Assembly: GCA_951804945.1 (NCBI GenBank)
Contig: OX638158.1
Coordinates: 38,068,001-38,132,000, forward strand
Direction of reading: 5' to 3'
From: Podarcis cretensis
Taxonomy: Eukaryota
DNA: 64,000 nucleotides
Shown: in pieces, positions 24,505 through 39,145 of the stretch
Position numbering within the stretch: position 1 is the first letter of the stretch
Layout: every line of letters begins with the position of its first letter
Notes under the pieces: generated by a model
What the model was told of the DNA's origin: nothing
Databases searched by the model: none
Seen by the model: the letters and a program-made list of their open reading frames with translations, nothing else
Program-made: the position numbers and the translations under genes

Positions 24505-26349
24505 TGTATATTCTGCTCTCTCAGCTCTGTTCCGTCTTTATCTGGTGTGGTTCACATGCTTGCAGAGATGTCCAAAAGGCAAAGATACTATTCTTAAAAC
24601 TCTGTGTCCTCAAAGTCAAAATTGATTCAGGAAATCATTTAAGCTTAAATCCTGATGAATATAAACTGGCCCTAGAGAAAGTTAATTATTCAAAAGTCTC
24701 ATTGAAAATGAAGTGGGAGTTAAGTGTGGCCAAATTTAATTAAATTGGGGCTATTGAGTTTGATTTTGAGAAAGCTTCACATGCTGTGGAAGTGTTCAAT
24801 AGGTCTTACTCCCAATGTATAAGATTGCCTCTTTTAAACCTCTCAGTGACAAGTTCCAAAATGTTAGTGCCACTACCAAGAAGGCCCTGGTCCATGTTGC
24901 CACTCACTGTATTTCACATTAAATGGGTAGGTCAAACATCTGAGGAAGATCTTCATGTGAAGGATGGTTCACATGGGAGACAATCCAATGTCTCCCATAC
25001 AAATCCAGCCCACATTCCAACTTGTAAATGTGGTATCCAGTACTGTACAGGTGTGTGCCTGTGTCTTAGTCCCTATACTACAGTAAGCCCATAGGGGGAA
25101 CAGCACACACACAGGTTGGGTGGGTATCAGCAAGGATCCTAATGGGCCTTGGTCAGGAAGGTCAAGAAAGTAGCCAGGTGGACTTGTACAGTTTGGTTTA
25201 ACCTTCATCCAGAAACCACAGGATCTAGGAGGCCAGAATGCATGGTACCAGCTGGTTTCTCCCTCTTACCTTGGAAGTCAAGGTTCTCAATATGATCTCT
25301 GTGCCCCCCCCCCCAAGTCCCTGACTGCATTGCACCCTTGCTTGGGACAGAGCCTCTGCATAGCCAGTGAGTAACCTTCACTCCTGGGCTGTTAGCCTTG
25401 GTGTCTTGCCAAAGGGGCGGCAAACATCCCATTGCTAGATCACTAGGTTCCATCTGGCCTGTAGTGGCAATTGTGTGATTTGACTTCTGTGGGTCCATAT
25501 GAGAGATGACAGGATTGTTCTCTCCAACCGAAAGAAGCAAGATGTCTACTACTATTAATAATAAAATACGTCAAATGTATTCCACAGTGAGCTTACTGTA
25601 CAAACTCCATTAATCCAGACTGACTCCATAAATTCAGTGCGCTCGTTCTGTCTCATTCTGTGCCCTGTCAGACTGATCACTAAATCTTTGTTTCATGGTT
25701 GGGTTGGAGAGTTTAATTCTGGAACCTGTGAGGCCAATAAATTGTAAAAAAGAATAGATCAGTGTAGAAGAGTGATATCTTTTGTATTCAGTAATGCTTC
25801 CACAAATAGAAAATCGATTCCTATTTCCTGTTTTTCATTATAGAGAAAAGATTATGGCAATCCTCAGGGTACTTACTCTAAAGCAGTCTTATTGATTGCA
25901 TTCAAAAGCTCTAGTTCAGGTGTCTACCATTTCAATGGAAAAGACATTCAGAGGAGTACTTAGGATGACAGTCTGACTTGGTGTTGAGCTGAAACGATAT
26001 GTTCTGTGGGGTGCATTTTTCAGGGGATTAAAATGTCTGTAAGATGTGCTGAATGTTCCCAGCACCATTACTTTCATAGGACCCCTGTAAAAGTGGGAAG
26101 GATATTTTCAGGAGGGGAGTTTAAATAATTAGGTGGAATGGGCAGGTCTTACTCTTAACAATAAAATGGGCAAAGGCTCTTTCTGTAAAATAAAAAATAG
26201 CCTCGCCACTGCTCCATATCAGATTCCCCCCCCCCCTATTTTTTCAAAGAGGGCAGAGGAGGATAACTTGACCATTTTGAAAGGACTAGTAATAGTCTTG
26301 ATACAGCAGTGATTAGAAAGGTGTTTGATAAATTTTGAAATATTCCTCT

Positions 26350-26520
26350 AGTTTCCATGGCAGTTTTGGCTGTAATCCCCTTTCCGAGCCATCTACGCCA
26401 GGAGCAATTGCGACAAATGGTAACAAATTCTGTATGCTAATCATACATTGTGCGAAAAAGCAATGTCTTTTCTCTGTCCTGATTTGACTGACAATCATTT
26501 TAAATGAATGACCCTGAGCT
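26350..26520 (-). mobile_element. Old CR1 ORF2 C-terminal fragment
   Basis: Minus IRTEKRHCFFAQCMISIQNLLP, similar to the CR1 RT C-terminus. Confidence 0.55.
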
Positions 26521-27047
26521 CTTATGAAAGAGGGAGAGAGAGAAAACCTCTCAACACAATTTCTCTTTTAAATAAGCTTCAATCATGGCTCCTCCTTAGC
26601 CCAGAGGCTTTAGCTTTAGTTGCCCATTTCCAGCCTTTTTTAAAGGTTTATAATATCCTTATTGAGATTTTCAGTGAAATATCAATCAAAAGTCCAAACT
26701 CCTCTTCCTTATTAGCTACCACCAGATCAGGCCCATCATCGTATTTGGGGCTGGGGGTTTGTGTCATAACTTAATGCTTACATTGGGTATAATTTGCCAA
26801 TTTTTTTTGCTCCTGAAACTGCTGGGCAGCTTTGGACCCTTAAACTATTGGTGAATCTTTGGGGAGGTTGGAAGGGTTATAGGATGGAGGTGTGTGCTCA
26901 GGGCCAGCCCTACCATTAGGCAAAATGAGATGATGGCCTCAGGCAGCAGTTACTGGGGGGACCAGTCCCCTAGCCGTTCCTAAGCCTCCTTTCACTCCTA
27001 GTCATTCTGTCAGAGAGCAAAGCTTCAGATGCTTTTAGGGTAGTTTA

Positions 27048-27397
27048 AAGGTAAAGGGACCCCTGACCATTAGGTCCAGTTGTGGCCAACTCTGGGGTTG
27101 TGGCGTTCATCTCGCTTTATTGGCCGAAGGAGCCAGTGTACAGCTTCCGGGTCATGCGGTCAGCATGACTAAGCTGCTTCTGGCGAACCAGAGCAGTGCA
27201 CAGAAACGCTGTTTGCCTTCCTGCCGGAGTGGTATCTATTTATCTACTTGCACTTTGATGTGCTTTCGAACTGCTAGGTTAGGTAGGAGCAGGGACTGAG
27301 CAACAGGAGCTCACCCCGTCGCGGGGATTCGAACCGCCAACTTTCTGATTGCAAGTCCGAGGCTCTGAGGTTTAACCCACAGCGCCACCTGCGTCCC
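27048..27397 (-). mobile_element. Sauria SINE, full length
   Basis: Consensus head and tail; 14-bp TSD tttagggtagttta (27034-27047, 27398-27411). Confidence 0.95.
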
Positions 27398-29250
27398 TTT
27401 AGGGTAGTTTAGGCCAACCTAAACTAGCTTGTTGTCTCAGATTCAGTGGGACTGGCTGAGTGGCAAGCAGGGAGGGCAACAGCCAGAGCCACACCCTGGA
27501 ATTGTTATAAGTAAGAAGGCAGGCAGGTGGGGGCTGGCTGAGGACAAACTGTGGTCGGTGGGGCAGTATCTCATTTGTCCTCATAGACCAGCCTCCACTG
27601 AGCAGAGGGCAGTGTCATGTCACCAGCGCTGAAGAAAGATTCAACTGGAAGTCTAGTTGAGTTTTGTATGTGGGAGGGAGTGCCATTTTATTCTTCACCT
27701 GAGAAAGCAAACCTTCTTAGGTCAACCCTGAGGGTTCTTATTATTCCCAGCAAACAGTGGCATTTTTCTTCTCTCTCTGTTTTTATTCGCTTAAAATTTT
27801 TGTTGTTGTTGTTCTGTGTGGAGTGCAGTGGTGCTCCTGCTGGCTGCATTAATCTCCACCACTCACTTGCAGGAGGTCACAAAACTACATTTTAAAAAGT
27901 GAAAGACCTGAGAAACTGCCATTGTTTGCAGCCAGCAGTAAGTGTCCCACAAATTGTTCTAAAACAATCTCTCCTTCTGAAAGATAAATGAAATGTCTCC
28001 TTTTTGTTGCCCATGAGTGGTGTAGCAAATTCAGAGAGGGTTTTTCACCCCCCCTTTCAGACCTCTAGTAAGGGAACTGGTTTTAATGATAGATTGTGTC
28101 ATTCTCTTAGGAGGTCAGCAATTTCACTTCACGTCTTTCAAGAACTTTTATATCATATGGACCCAAGGATTTGTTGACTGTTAATTTGTCAATCAACATA
28201 GAACTTCATTTCGTCTTCTGTATGTGACTTACTTCATCTGGCGCCCTCCCTGAATCAAGTGGTTATGTGTATCTGTACAGTACTTATCACATTCCCATTT
28301 TATTTTGAAAATAGATAGATTAGGTTAAGAGAGACAGGGACAAATCCAAGGTCACTCAAGGAGCTTCATGGCTGAACCAAGATCTCCCTAGTCCTAATCT
28401 GACACCAACTACTTCACCACACCTCAGTGTGAAACTCCATGAAAGCTTGCAGGAAGCTGGCAAATACTGAATTGTGCTGACCTATGACTAATTTCATAAT
28501 AGAAATACTTATAACTTTGTTCCAAATGAATGGTCTTCTCTCCAGATTCTCTCCTGATTTTTTTATTTACCTGGCACTCTGTGTGTGCACATGTGTATAA
28601 TGAATGATCAAATGCAAAAATAATAATGTTTGTCCTTAAATTTAATTCACGAATCTTGGATGAGTGTAGTAATGATCTCTTCCACTTGGAGGCAATCTTT
28701 TCAAAGAAGAAATTAAACATTTTCAATCAGATCTTGTTATGATTGACTGGACAGATTAAATAAATAGTTCCAACCTAAGGGAGAAAGGATAAAGTATTCT
28801 CTGTGTATTTCAGCAAAAAAAGTCCTGTCATTTGTCTATGGTAGGTTTTTTTTAAAAAAGACATTTTTTCTTAAAGTGTGTTCTGAAAACTTAAACTGAA
28901 TTTAAAGAAGCTTCAGACTCCTTTTAGATATCTCCATGCTTATAAGATGTTCATCATAGACTCATCCACCTAAGTAAAATAAGACAAAAGACCAATTCTG
29001 AAGTGAATCAAACCCAGAAATGTTAAAGCTAGTTGATCAGCAGAATGAATAAACCAATATACTGTATGTTGACTGTTGTGTAAAAACAGGTTCATACTGA
29101 GTACAATTTTTTCAGGAATGAATTTGGAATGAAACAGAATGGTGATTTTCAGGGAGGAATATTTGAAGTGGTTAAGGAAGGGAGAGGAGGTTGTGCATTA
29201 TGTTTACTTTAGGTATGCTGTGTGACAAGTGCTACTGCGGGGAGCTTCCT

Positions 29251-29387
29251 NNNNNNNNNNNNNNNNNNNNNNNNNNNNNNNNNNNNNNNNNNNNNNNNNN
29301 NNNNNNNNNNNNNNNNNNNNNNNNNNNNNNNNNNNNNNNNNNNNNNNNNNNNNNNNNNNNNNNNNNNNNNNNNNNNNNNNNNNNNNN
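29251..29387. other. Assembly gap (137 N)
   Basis: Run of N. Confidence 1.
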
Positions 29388-32300
29388 AAGGGCAAATGCT
29401 CTGCTAGCAGAGGCCTGAGTAGAGGATATTATTTTCCACACCCAGAAAGATGCTCTACAGAGAACCAGAGGCAGCTAGCAATTCTATATTAAAACGAAGC
29501 ACCATTTTTAGCTGCTGTGGATTGGTCTGAGGGAAGTATTGTACTTTAAAAAAAAATCATCAATAACAATAGTATTTTCCTAACTTCAATGCCTTAAATC
29601 GGATCTCTGCCAGTAGTAATTAATAACAGATAATGACTTGCAGGGAGTTAAGTAAGGCAAAATGAAATATTAACATGAGTGCAAAAAATAGAATTCATGT
29701 GTTGAACAAATTATAGAGAAGAATAAAGAAAGTAAAAGTTGGAATACAATATTCAGTCTTGGAAGAGTTTTTATTGTTTAAAAAAGAGAGGCATGTAATG
29801 AACAAAATACACAGATCATTATTCTTCCTCCCCATATATTTCCACTTGGAGATGCCTATTTCTAATTTCTCTAACAGCTGACACCCAGTGAATCAATGAA
29901 GTTGAACTATTGCCTTTGCTATTCTTCACTTTCACAATTCCCACATTGCCTCTTAGTCACAGTGAGAGGCTGAATACATTACACACTTAATGACTCTTAT
30001 TGCAGATTTTTTGTTCTGGCAGAAGAGCACTTCTCCTACACTTTTTTAAAAAGCAACAGTGAATTGGGCTGGGTGGGGAGAAGGTTATATTGAAATACAC
30101 TGATGATTCATCATGAATCTCTCATCTATTGCATAATTGGCCTGAAATCAGTAAGATGTCAAGTGCGAGACATTTCAAAAAGCACCTTGAAAGACCAATG
30201 AAATGCTAGAACATTCATTTTGGTTCTTGTTTGAATAGGAGATGTGGGCATGGGTAAAAACTAGTGTAAATTAGATCCTTTGTGTAAAATCCTTATGCAC
30301 TGCTGTTCAACATTTGAGAGTTCTTTGTTATTTGCCTCTATAGAAATAATTTGCTGTGAGTCCCTTCAGAGACCCTTAATCAAGACTTTTGGTGAATAAA
30401 AATAATCATTAAAAATAGTTACACAAGCATGGACCAAGGGCAAAGCCTCGTGCATGTTTTGATTTAATAAGCCAATATATGATCCTCCAAAACAAACCAC
30501 AGACACATTCATATGGGAAATGGATGGATTTTTACTGCTGCAAAATTGTTACATAGCCAAGCATCATGTTTCACAAAGGGTATTCTTCAAAGCAAAAGAG
30601 GGGGAAATAGTCGCAAACTATTTATTAACAAGAGTTTTGAGGAAATGGTGTGAATATAGAGAGTGCATACTTTCCGCTGTAGTATTTTATACTATCTGAC
30701 TATGGGGTCTGTGACTATTGTAATGTATTTGAGAAAATATGTGTGCCTTCATATGTGATTTAAATGCAAAATTGTCTTTCTGGCATTTGGTCTCAAAAGA
30801 TGATGTTCTAACTCTGTTTTGCTATAAAAGGGACAGTACTGATGTGAGCTTAATTTGTAATGTAAAACACTTTCCAAGCTTGTTTTGAGGCCATGTGGAT
30901 GACTTTACAAGACTTAACATCATGGGTTTTTTTGTCTTGGAAGACAACACTTTATATTTGATCATTGTTTTAAAATAATTCAATCAAGTTTGTTTAAAAA
31001 CAATGGGTTAGTAAAATGAGGTTCCATAATCAAAACACAATTGAGGGTTCAAGATTTTGCAGGTACACTTTTCTGAAAAGGGTGGTTTATTATTGGTTGA
31101 AGAGAGAAGATTATTTAAATGAGAAATAATGGAAAGAAGAGGCTCAGAAGTGCAATTTAAAATTTGATGAAAATAATATGTAGTGAATGCTATTATTTCA
31201 TATCTCAGTAGTTCAGCAGAGTAGATTTTCTCCCATTTCCAAAGATTAAAAAAGAAAGAAAGATTCAGATGGCTGTTTTAATCTGGTATGGAGATATGTC
31301 TTAGCAAATATCAGAAATGTTTGGATAAGCTGTACAAATATGAGAATGTGTAAGGAGATATCAACCAAGGGTAATGCAGGATAAAGTGCTAAATTTTTGA
31401 AATATGGACATGTAGTTAGGAAGGCTCAACAGAAGTGTTAACCTCCTTTGTTGACTTGCTTGCTAAAATGTGAATTCATATTCCATCAGGTAAATGCTGC
31501 TAACAAACATATTCATCAGTATAAGAAAATTGACTTCCTAATGCAAAATTGACTTTAAGTCATCAGTAGATGGCTTTTTCTTTCAGTAGACTTTGCAAAG
31601 AACATAGGAAGTTGCCATCTTCTGGGGGAGGAGAAGGAAAGGACATTCTATTGCAGAAGGTGTTCTTCGTGCTCAATGACTTTCCTGCATTCAACCCAAA
31701 GCAAGCAGATGGGATAGGCAAAGGATAGGTTATTGGTGCAATGTGGCAGACAGATCAAGCCTGATTTAGTCTGGATTGCCTCAGCGTAAGTCAAACTATT
31801 TGCTAATATCATGACAGGCTTAAAGATAACACTACTTATTTTGAGTCACTTGGAGGAGATTAAGATGGAAGGCTAGGTTCACCTGATCTTTACTCTTAAC
31901 TCCTTTCTGCCAAGACAACCTGATCCGAACTGCATGAGCAATGCAGATGTCAGCTACGCCCTTCAGCTGCATGTCATTTCCTTCTTCTCCCCAAACGCAT
32001 GCTGCATTTTACTTTTGCAGTACAGAACATGCAATGACATTGGAAACAGAAAAACACTAGTAAACTAGTGCTTTTCACATGCCAAAGGGAATCTTGTCAG
32101 TGAAAAAACCCCATTTTGCTGTGCATGAGTTTCCTGTCTTCTGTTTCCAAGCTACTTTCAAAAGAGTGCAGAGTTTCAAAGTTGAACCTCCAAGATCCAC
32201 ACATTGGATCTACAGATAAATCAAGGATCCATCTGAGATGGCCCACTTAGAAGGTCAGGTCATGGACACTGGCAGTCCATGATAGGAAAACTTTGTTCCT

Positions 32301-33290
32301 GCCAACATGTTGTTATTGCATGATTGTGTAGGTAGCTAATTGCCCTATGATTACCTTCATGGTTCTAAAATGACTATTTTCTCCTTTTTGGAAAGTACAA
32401 CTTTAACACTAAATATAGAATTTGAATCATTATAGGTAACAATTTTTTCCATGTGAAAGTAAATATTAGCTGAATATTTTTTTAAAAAAACTATGTAAAA
32501 GATGCAAGAGTTTAGTTACACCAATTATTCAACTGCTTTAAAATTCTCTTTCAAAAAAAAAGGAAAGAAAATCATTTCCCTTAATCTTACATTAAAATGC
32601 TAATGATATCGTTATATAATTTACTCCCTATTGATAGATTAAGTTTGTATTGGATCTTAAAAGAGCACACAAGCATTAAGAGCGATTATTTTCTAATAAT
32701 CTACTCTAATTACAAATACTTAGCCAAGTCTGGTACTACTGAGATGGAAAGTTTTATTAAACCAGGTCTCAGCAGAGGCAATTGCTGATTACTTCAACAG
32801 AAGTATATTATTCCTTAAAACTTTTGGATCCTGCCTGGTTGGGACACTTATACTCTGATTTCCATAAATCCTAATGAACACAGATTGCTGTTGGCATCCA
32901 TCTGTCTCTGAGCCAATGGAGTGCACCTCCAGGGGTCAAGTCAAACTGCTGTGTTAGCAGCACCGAAGTGATCTCCCCAGGTTGCAAGTCTGGACAGTGT
33001 GTATGGAGGACCTGGGCTATCCAGACAACAAGATTCTGCTCTTAATGTGCAGCACTTCCCTTTTGACTATATGTAGCCTGAACCACTAAAGGCCAAATGC
33101 AGGATTTCTGCATTCATAACAGCCTGTCCCTGTTTTTTGCACCACTCTCCATGCTCCTCAGGCTTCTCTTAGGAAATAGGGTCTGATCCTGAGCAATACT
33201 GTGGTAGGGATTGCAGCTGGCTTCCTGGGTCATTTCTGCTGCTTGGGTCCCAACTATCATACTTTTTAGACCATTACTTTTGCCAGCAAC

Positions 33291-33949
33291 TGTCCTGAAC
33301 CACGGGTTACCTGGTATGTCCCACGAGTGTACACGAACCCACAGCAGATATTAGCGCATAATCCGGCAGGCCAACAGGTCCAAAGTCCAGTCAGACCAAA
33401 TTCCCGCCTCGGCAGCCAATCCAGGAATCAAGGCACTAGGATGTTAGTCCCACACAAGCACAGTCCCAAGGAGCTCCCGATAACATCCAAGCTTTGGTCC
33501 AACCAATGTGGGAAGTTGAGCAGACACAGCACCTCAGCTCTGCTTCCCTTGTATACCTTGCATGCTGACTGCAGCATCTGGGCTTGATGAGGTATGTGAC
33601 CCTCACCTGTCCCAAGCCTACTCCAGCTGAGGAATCACACACTCCCTCCCAGAGCTAATAAGCCCCACCTGGCCAGCTGGGCTGTGGGCCTTTGCCTGCC
33701 TCAGCCTCCTAGATCATCCCATACGCTGCTTCTTATGTCTCATAGACTGCCATGTTTGGGGATTTGGGCCCCTCTGGTGATGGGTCTTGCTGCTCTGGTT
33801 CCTGTGCACTGACCCCCATCCCCCTCACTATCCTCTGTTGCCCCATGAGTACTTTATACACCAACCTTTCCTTCTCCAACCCTAGCTTGCTACATCCCTC
33901 ACTGGGATCCTCTTCCTCCTTCCTGCTTCATGACAGCCAGTTTATGACA
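33291..33949 (-). mobile_element. Gypsy-like solo LTR
   Basis: TGTC...GACA termini; perfect 5-bp TSD gcaac (33286-33290, 33950-33954). Confidence 0.85.
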
Positions 33950-34560
33950 GCAACTATTCCTTACAATACATTTTGTAACATGAGAAAAGGGACCCTTGTT
34001 GGTTGACTCCAATGTTCAGGAATTATAGGAGTTGGGAGTCCGACAACATCTGGAACACCACAGCATAGACAACAGAAGTTAGGCTATCCCTGTCCAGATA
34101 GAGACACAGGTGGGCCACCAGCCAAAGCTGACGGAAGGCACTCATTGCCATTTAGGCCACTTGAGCCTCAAGTGACAGCAAAGAATCCAGGAACACCCCA
34201 AAGCTACGTACCTGCTCCTTCAGAGGGAGTGTAGCCCCATCAAAAGCAGGCAACCTCCCACCTATCAGGTCTAGGGAACCACCCTAGTGCCTCCATCTTA
34301 TTTGGATTGAGCTTCAGTTTGTTGGCTCTCACCCAGTCCATTACTGAGGCAAGACATTGGTCCAGCACTTCCACTGCGATGCCTGCAGATGTGAAGGAGA
34401 AGTAGAGCTTTGTGTCATCAGCATGGGAGCTGGATGTGCATAATTCTTACCTCTCTCCACTTTTGAGGTATGCTACACTTATGTCTTTGTAGGTCTCCGT
34501 GTATGTTATATTATTATGATCACAATTGTGATTTTAAGGTATTTCTATCCCACCTTTCAA

Positions 34561-34910
34561 GGGACGTGGGTGGCGCTGTGCTCTAAACCACTGAGCCTAG
34601 GACTTGCCGATCAGAAGGTTGGCGGTTCAAATCCCCGTGACGGGGTGAGCTCCTGTTGCTTGGTCCCAGCTCCTGCCAACTTAGCAGTTTGAAAGCATGT
34701 CAAAGTGCAAGTAGAAAATAGGTACTGCTTCGGCGAGAAGGTAAACAGCGTTTACGTGCGCTGCTCTGGTTCGCCAGAAGCGGCTTAGTCATGCTGGCCA
34801 CATGACCCGGAAGCTGTATGCTGGCTCCCTCGGCCAATAAAGTGAGATGAGCGCTGCAATCCCAGAGTCGGCCACGACTGGACCTAATGGTCAGGGGTCC
34901 CTTTACCATT
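34561..34910 (+). mobile_element. Sauria SINE, full length
   Basis: gggacgtgggtggcgctgtg head to ccctttacc tail; TSD tatcccacctttc (34546-34558, 34914-34926). Confidence 0.95.
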
Positions 34911-36207
34911 TTTTATCCCACCTTTCTCCCAAACACATTGTATACAATCACATTGTGAATGCACTGAGCCTGAGGAAGCTAGTTTCTACTGAATCAGACC
35001 ACTGGTCCATCTATCTCAGTATTGTTTACACTGACTGGCAGCAGCCTTTTGCCACACAAAGGTGTTTGTAGACTCAGTGTTTCTGTAGTTGATAATAGTG
35101 TCTCCATTCACCTCACCGAGAAAGAAAACATTTCACTTGTCTATCTACATTATAAATAAAGTAATTAAAATAAGAAATGCCATCCATTTCCACATCTGCT
35201 TTATATAATGGGGTCACAGATGTCTTTCTATCATTTGGATTATTAATCTTCAAGCATGGCAGGAGAAAATGCAACCTATTTCTTCAACATTTTATGATAT
35301 ACTTTGCTGAAAAGTCATTCATGAACTAGGGTATATACAGTCAACTAAAATTCTAGGGGTTTTCCCTATTAAAATGCATCACGTTAAACCGGGAAGCACG
35401 TTGTGCAATTTGTCATTATTTTTTAAAACATAAATTTCATGTGTGTATTTTCTTATCTGGTTTGACCAGGTATGAGAAATAAAACTTGAGAATAATTTTA
35501 ACTGTAGAGTAGGTAAAATGTGGACATCTTTTGAGGGCAGCTTATCTTGGTCCTCAGATACTCTTAAGACATTTGTTAATACCAAATTCTCTCCCAAGAA
35601 AGAAGCCAGGGAACAGCATGAATTATGCTGACCCCCCCCCCCCACACAACCCCCTATTTTTACACACAAACACACAACAATTCCTATTAAAAGAAGGACA
35701 AATGCCGCTGCCACAGCACCAGCGGAACACAGCACACAAGCCCCCCACTATCCTGAGAAAAACCCTTAATCATGATTTGATTTTATTGTGTTCTTGGTAG
35801 TTTTACGGAAGGAAAAACACACACCAATAAATAAATTTTAGAAAGGGGCAATATTAGATATGGACACATAATATTTTTTATTTTATTTTAAAAAATCAGT
35901 ATTCCTTGTGCTGTCCTCTGCTCCGCTCCACTCCCCCTTTCTTCCTGCCCAGGGCAGCCGTGCTCTCTGCTTGCCCCAAATGTCTTAAGAGTATCTGAGG
36001 ACCAAGAGCTGGCACATCACGTGGGGCTGTGCCTCAGTAGCGGCAGCCTTTCCTCCTCTTCACCTGCTCTCCAGCAGCTACTATGAGCTGCCCAAGGGAG
36101 GAGGCTGGTGGCAGCGGCCATAGAAAGGCCATGGCTGAGAGCCTGGAACTCCTGTGATATTGCTACATCTCAGCAGAGAGTGGGAGTGGCACTCAACCTT
36201 TGTAATA

Positions 36208-36216
36208 ACATATATA

Positions 36217-36289
<73 letters not shown>

Positions 36290-36300
36290 CACACACACAT
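36208..36300. repeat. Compound (TA)n(CA)n(TA)n microsatellite
   Basis: Direct observation. Confidence 0.95.
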
Positions 36301-36434
36301 GGGGAGCGCCATTTTCCCCAACTGACAATTCCCAACTGCCATTCTCTCCCCTGGATTCTGTTCAGGAGGAGGGACTTCCCCCTTGACGAACAGTTCTTCC
36401 AGCCAAGCTGCAGAGACTGCAAAATCTCTTAGTC

Positions 36435-36572
36435 CAGCCTTTCTCAACCTGTGGGTCCCCAGATGTTGTTGAACTACAACTCCCATCACCCCTAGCTAGC
36501 AAGGCCAGAGCTCAGGGATGATGGGAGTTGTAGTCCAACAACATCTGGGGACCCACAGGTTGAGAACCACTG
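36435..36572. mobile_element. Palindromic hAT-type MITE
   Basis: Near-perfect ~55-bp inverted arms (ttctcaacctgtgggtccccagatgttgttg...). Confidence 0.85.
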
Positions 36573-39145
36573 ACAGTCACAAGGCTATCAGCTGCTGGGG
36601 GTGAAAGCAAACATGGTCAATGGACTGCTTGGAGGAGAGCTTTCATGCAGGGCCAGGAGATGCTTGGCAAGTTGTAAGGCTAAAACTCTGGGACAAGAAG
36701 TATCACTTTTATATCTTGCTTCTCATTCTACATGAATGACTGAGGGCCACTAGGGCATGTGGGTGGCAGGTGGAGGACTGTAGCTCTGGGAGGGGAATAG
36801 GGGGTCTCCTTACAACTCTCAGCACCCTTAACAAACTACAGCTCCCAGGAGACTTTGGGAAAAGCCATGACTACTACTAGTACTTTAAATATACTGTATG
36901 TTGCAAATGTTTTAGACACATTTTTCCTCAGTGTATACAAGCAACTTTTTCTTTTCACTGTGACCCATGTCATGTGAACAGAATGGGATTTTAGTAATTA
37001 CTGAACTTTCTTTTTTAAAAAAATAAATAGATAAATCAACAGTTAAGGACACTTGAGTAATTTGCAAAACATGAATTAATTTGAATATCATTAATTTGAC
37101 CTGAACTTGGAGTTTCAAAAGCAATTAATGCTCTGGGATGCCAAATGCAAGGCTCGTGTAGGGCACTGAGATCCACTCTTGACAAAAAGATTCATGGCTA
37201 AGGTTGACAGCTTCTGACTCAAAGATGACCTCTGCCTTAAATAGTTGCATGACAGTGGGAAAGAACGGCTTCCATAATGACAGCGTAGCAGTGACAACAG
37301 AAGCTGTACCTGTCAAACTTCTTCTGGCCATGTAATTTTTAAAAATAGCCCCTAAACATCCTATAAAGGCACGTGTCAGGACACCAATCTAGAAAAAAAC
37401 ACTTGCCAATGGGCAATTCCAGTTCTCTAGATCAGATATAACCTGAATGCAGAGGTTATAACTAAATGAAGCATGACTTCATTGAATATATGTTTCCATG
37501 TGTTTATTCCGCACTTTTTGGAATTTGGGCTAATGGATTTCAACCAGTTTAGAGCCCAGGTCTCCCCCTCTTCTAACATATCTTCCTTTTTCCTTTGATT
37601 AAATAATTCACACAAAGAAATGAATGTCTGTGATAGGCATTGATGCTGAATGCACATTCTGCTTGGATTGTGCAGAAGAGGTCTAATAACAGAAAAATGA
37701 GAATGGATTTCTTAATCCCAGCACAAGGTATCTTGATGGCACTGAAAATATAATGTTTATAGGTAAGAGGCCCTTGTCTCTTAGTGTCCACTTTCAGTCA
37801 ATCAAAGCCCATAGGGCAAGGTAGCACCCATGGTGGCAAACAGAAGGCACACAGAGAGAAACCAGAGGCAGCAGACAGTGATGACACAATGTCGAAGGCC
37901 TGGGCTAAATGTGGTAGAGATCCAATAGTCAAGGAAGGCAGTTGTCCATACATGATAAAGCAGATATTTTCAAGCACGTATTTTGTTCTAAAGCTCCCAT
38001 AGAAGAGCTGCACCTTATATAGCACTAAATGTGCTAAAGACCAATTTAAGCTATGTCCCTTTGATGAAGAATGAAACTTTTGGAAGGTTGTGTTCCTGCC
38101 TGGAGTCTAGAACATTTATTTCTACCTTCTACCTTCTCAGCAGGTCCCACCCTACCATTAGGCAGAGTGAGGTGGCCACCTTATGCACCAACTGATGGGA
38201 GGCAAAGAACAGTAGGGGGGAGGGTTGGAGGATACAGATCAGAAGTTGACAATGGTGCAATTTGGAGAGACTATCCATAGCCTTTATTCCATCATGGAAC
38301 CCAAGGTGGCAAAGGGGTTGTCTTTCATCCATACACTGACCAGATCCAAACCTGCTATCCAAACCCATCATGTGTGCTCAGACCAAATGGGGAACATTGT
38401 GTATGGGGGGGTATGATGTGGTAACACACACATAAAGCCACTCTGAGGCTGTTTCCATAGGCTGAGTGCTTTCACATTTGCCAAAGAAAGATCATTTAAA
38501 ATAAAAGGCTAAACTGCCACAGATTTCATAGTCAACCTTCTTATTATGCACCAAATGCAAGACTGCAGCTTTTATTAGCATAGCATCTGAGGGTATCTGC
38601 CAATAGAATATGAACTGTCAAGAGATTAGAATGCTATTTTTATAATCAAGCTTCTTTCACATTCTGTTGAAGCTCCACTATGCTGGCATGAGCTCAGGGG
38701 ATTGAGCCTTGGCCTAGCAACTGTTGCATGGCTAATTACATGGGACACAATGGGCCGTCACTAACGTGCTAATAAATAATTGGAGTCAAAATTAAATTCA
38801 CCCATGTATGAATTGTTACAGTGAAGACAAGACCTCATTAGGCTATGAACCAAAATGGGTAACGCAGAGAAGTTAAAACAGATCTGTGATCATGCATTGC
38901 ATTTAATTACATTTCTTTTTACTAACTATGCTGCATTATTATATTTGCTTTGGATTTGGCAAACACATTAAAAAATAAGTGGCAGATTTTGTGATATTAA
39001 ACATATGGTAAATGTTTCCTGGCATTTAATAGCTGTCTACGTTAATTTGCATCTAGTGAGTGAAAGTCAGCATGGGAAGAGGAACATCACAAGTTATTGC
39101 TCACTACTTCAATAACTATATTATGATGGAAAACCCAGATACTAA

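Noticed and set aside
29191-29492. ORFs spanning X runs
   Set aside because: Artefacts of the N gap.
36081-36432. HT/YI/CV-repeat ORFs
   Set aside because: Translation of a dinucleotide microsatellite.
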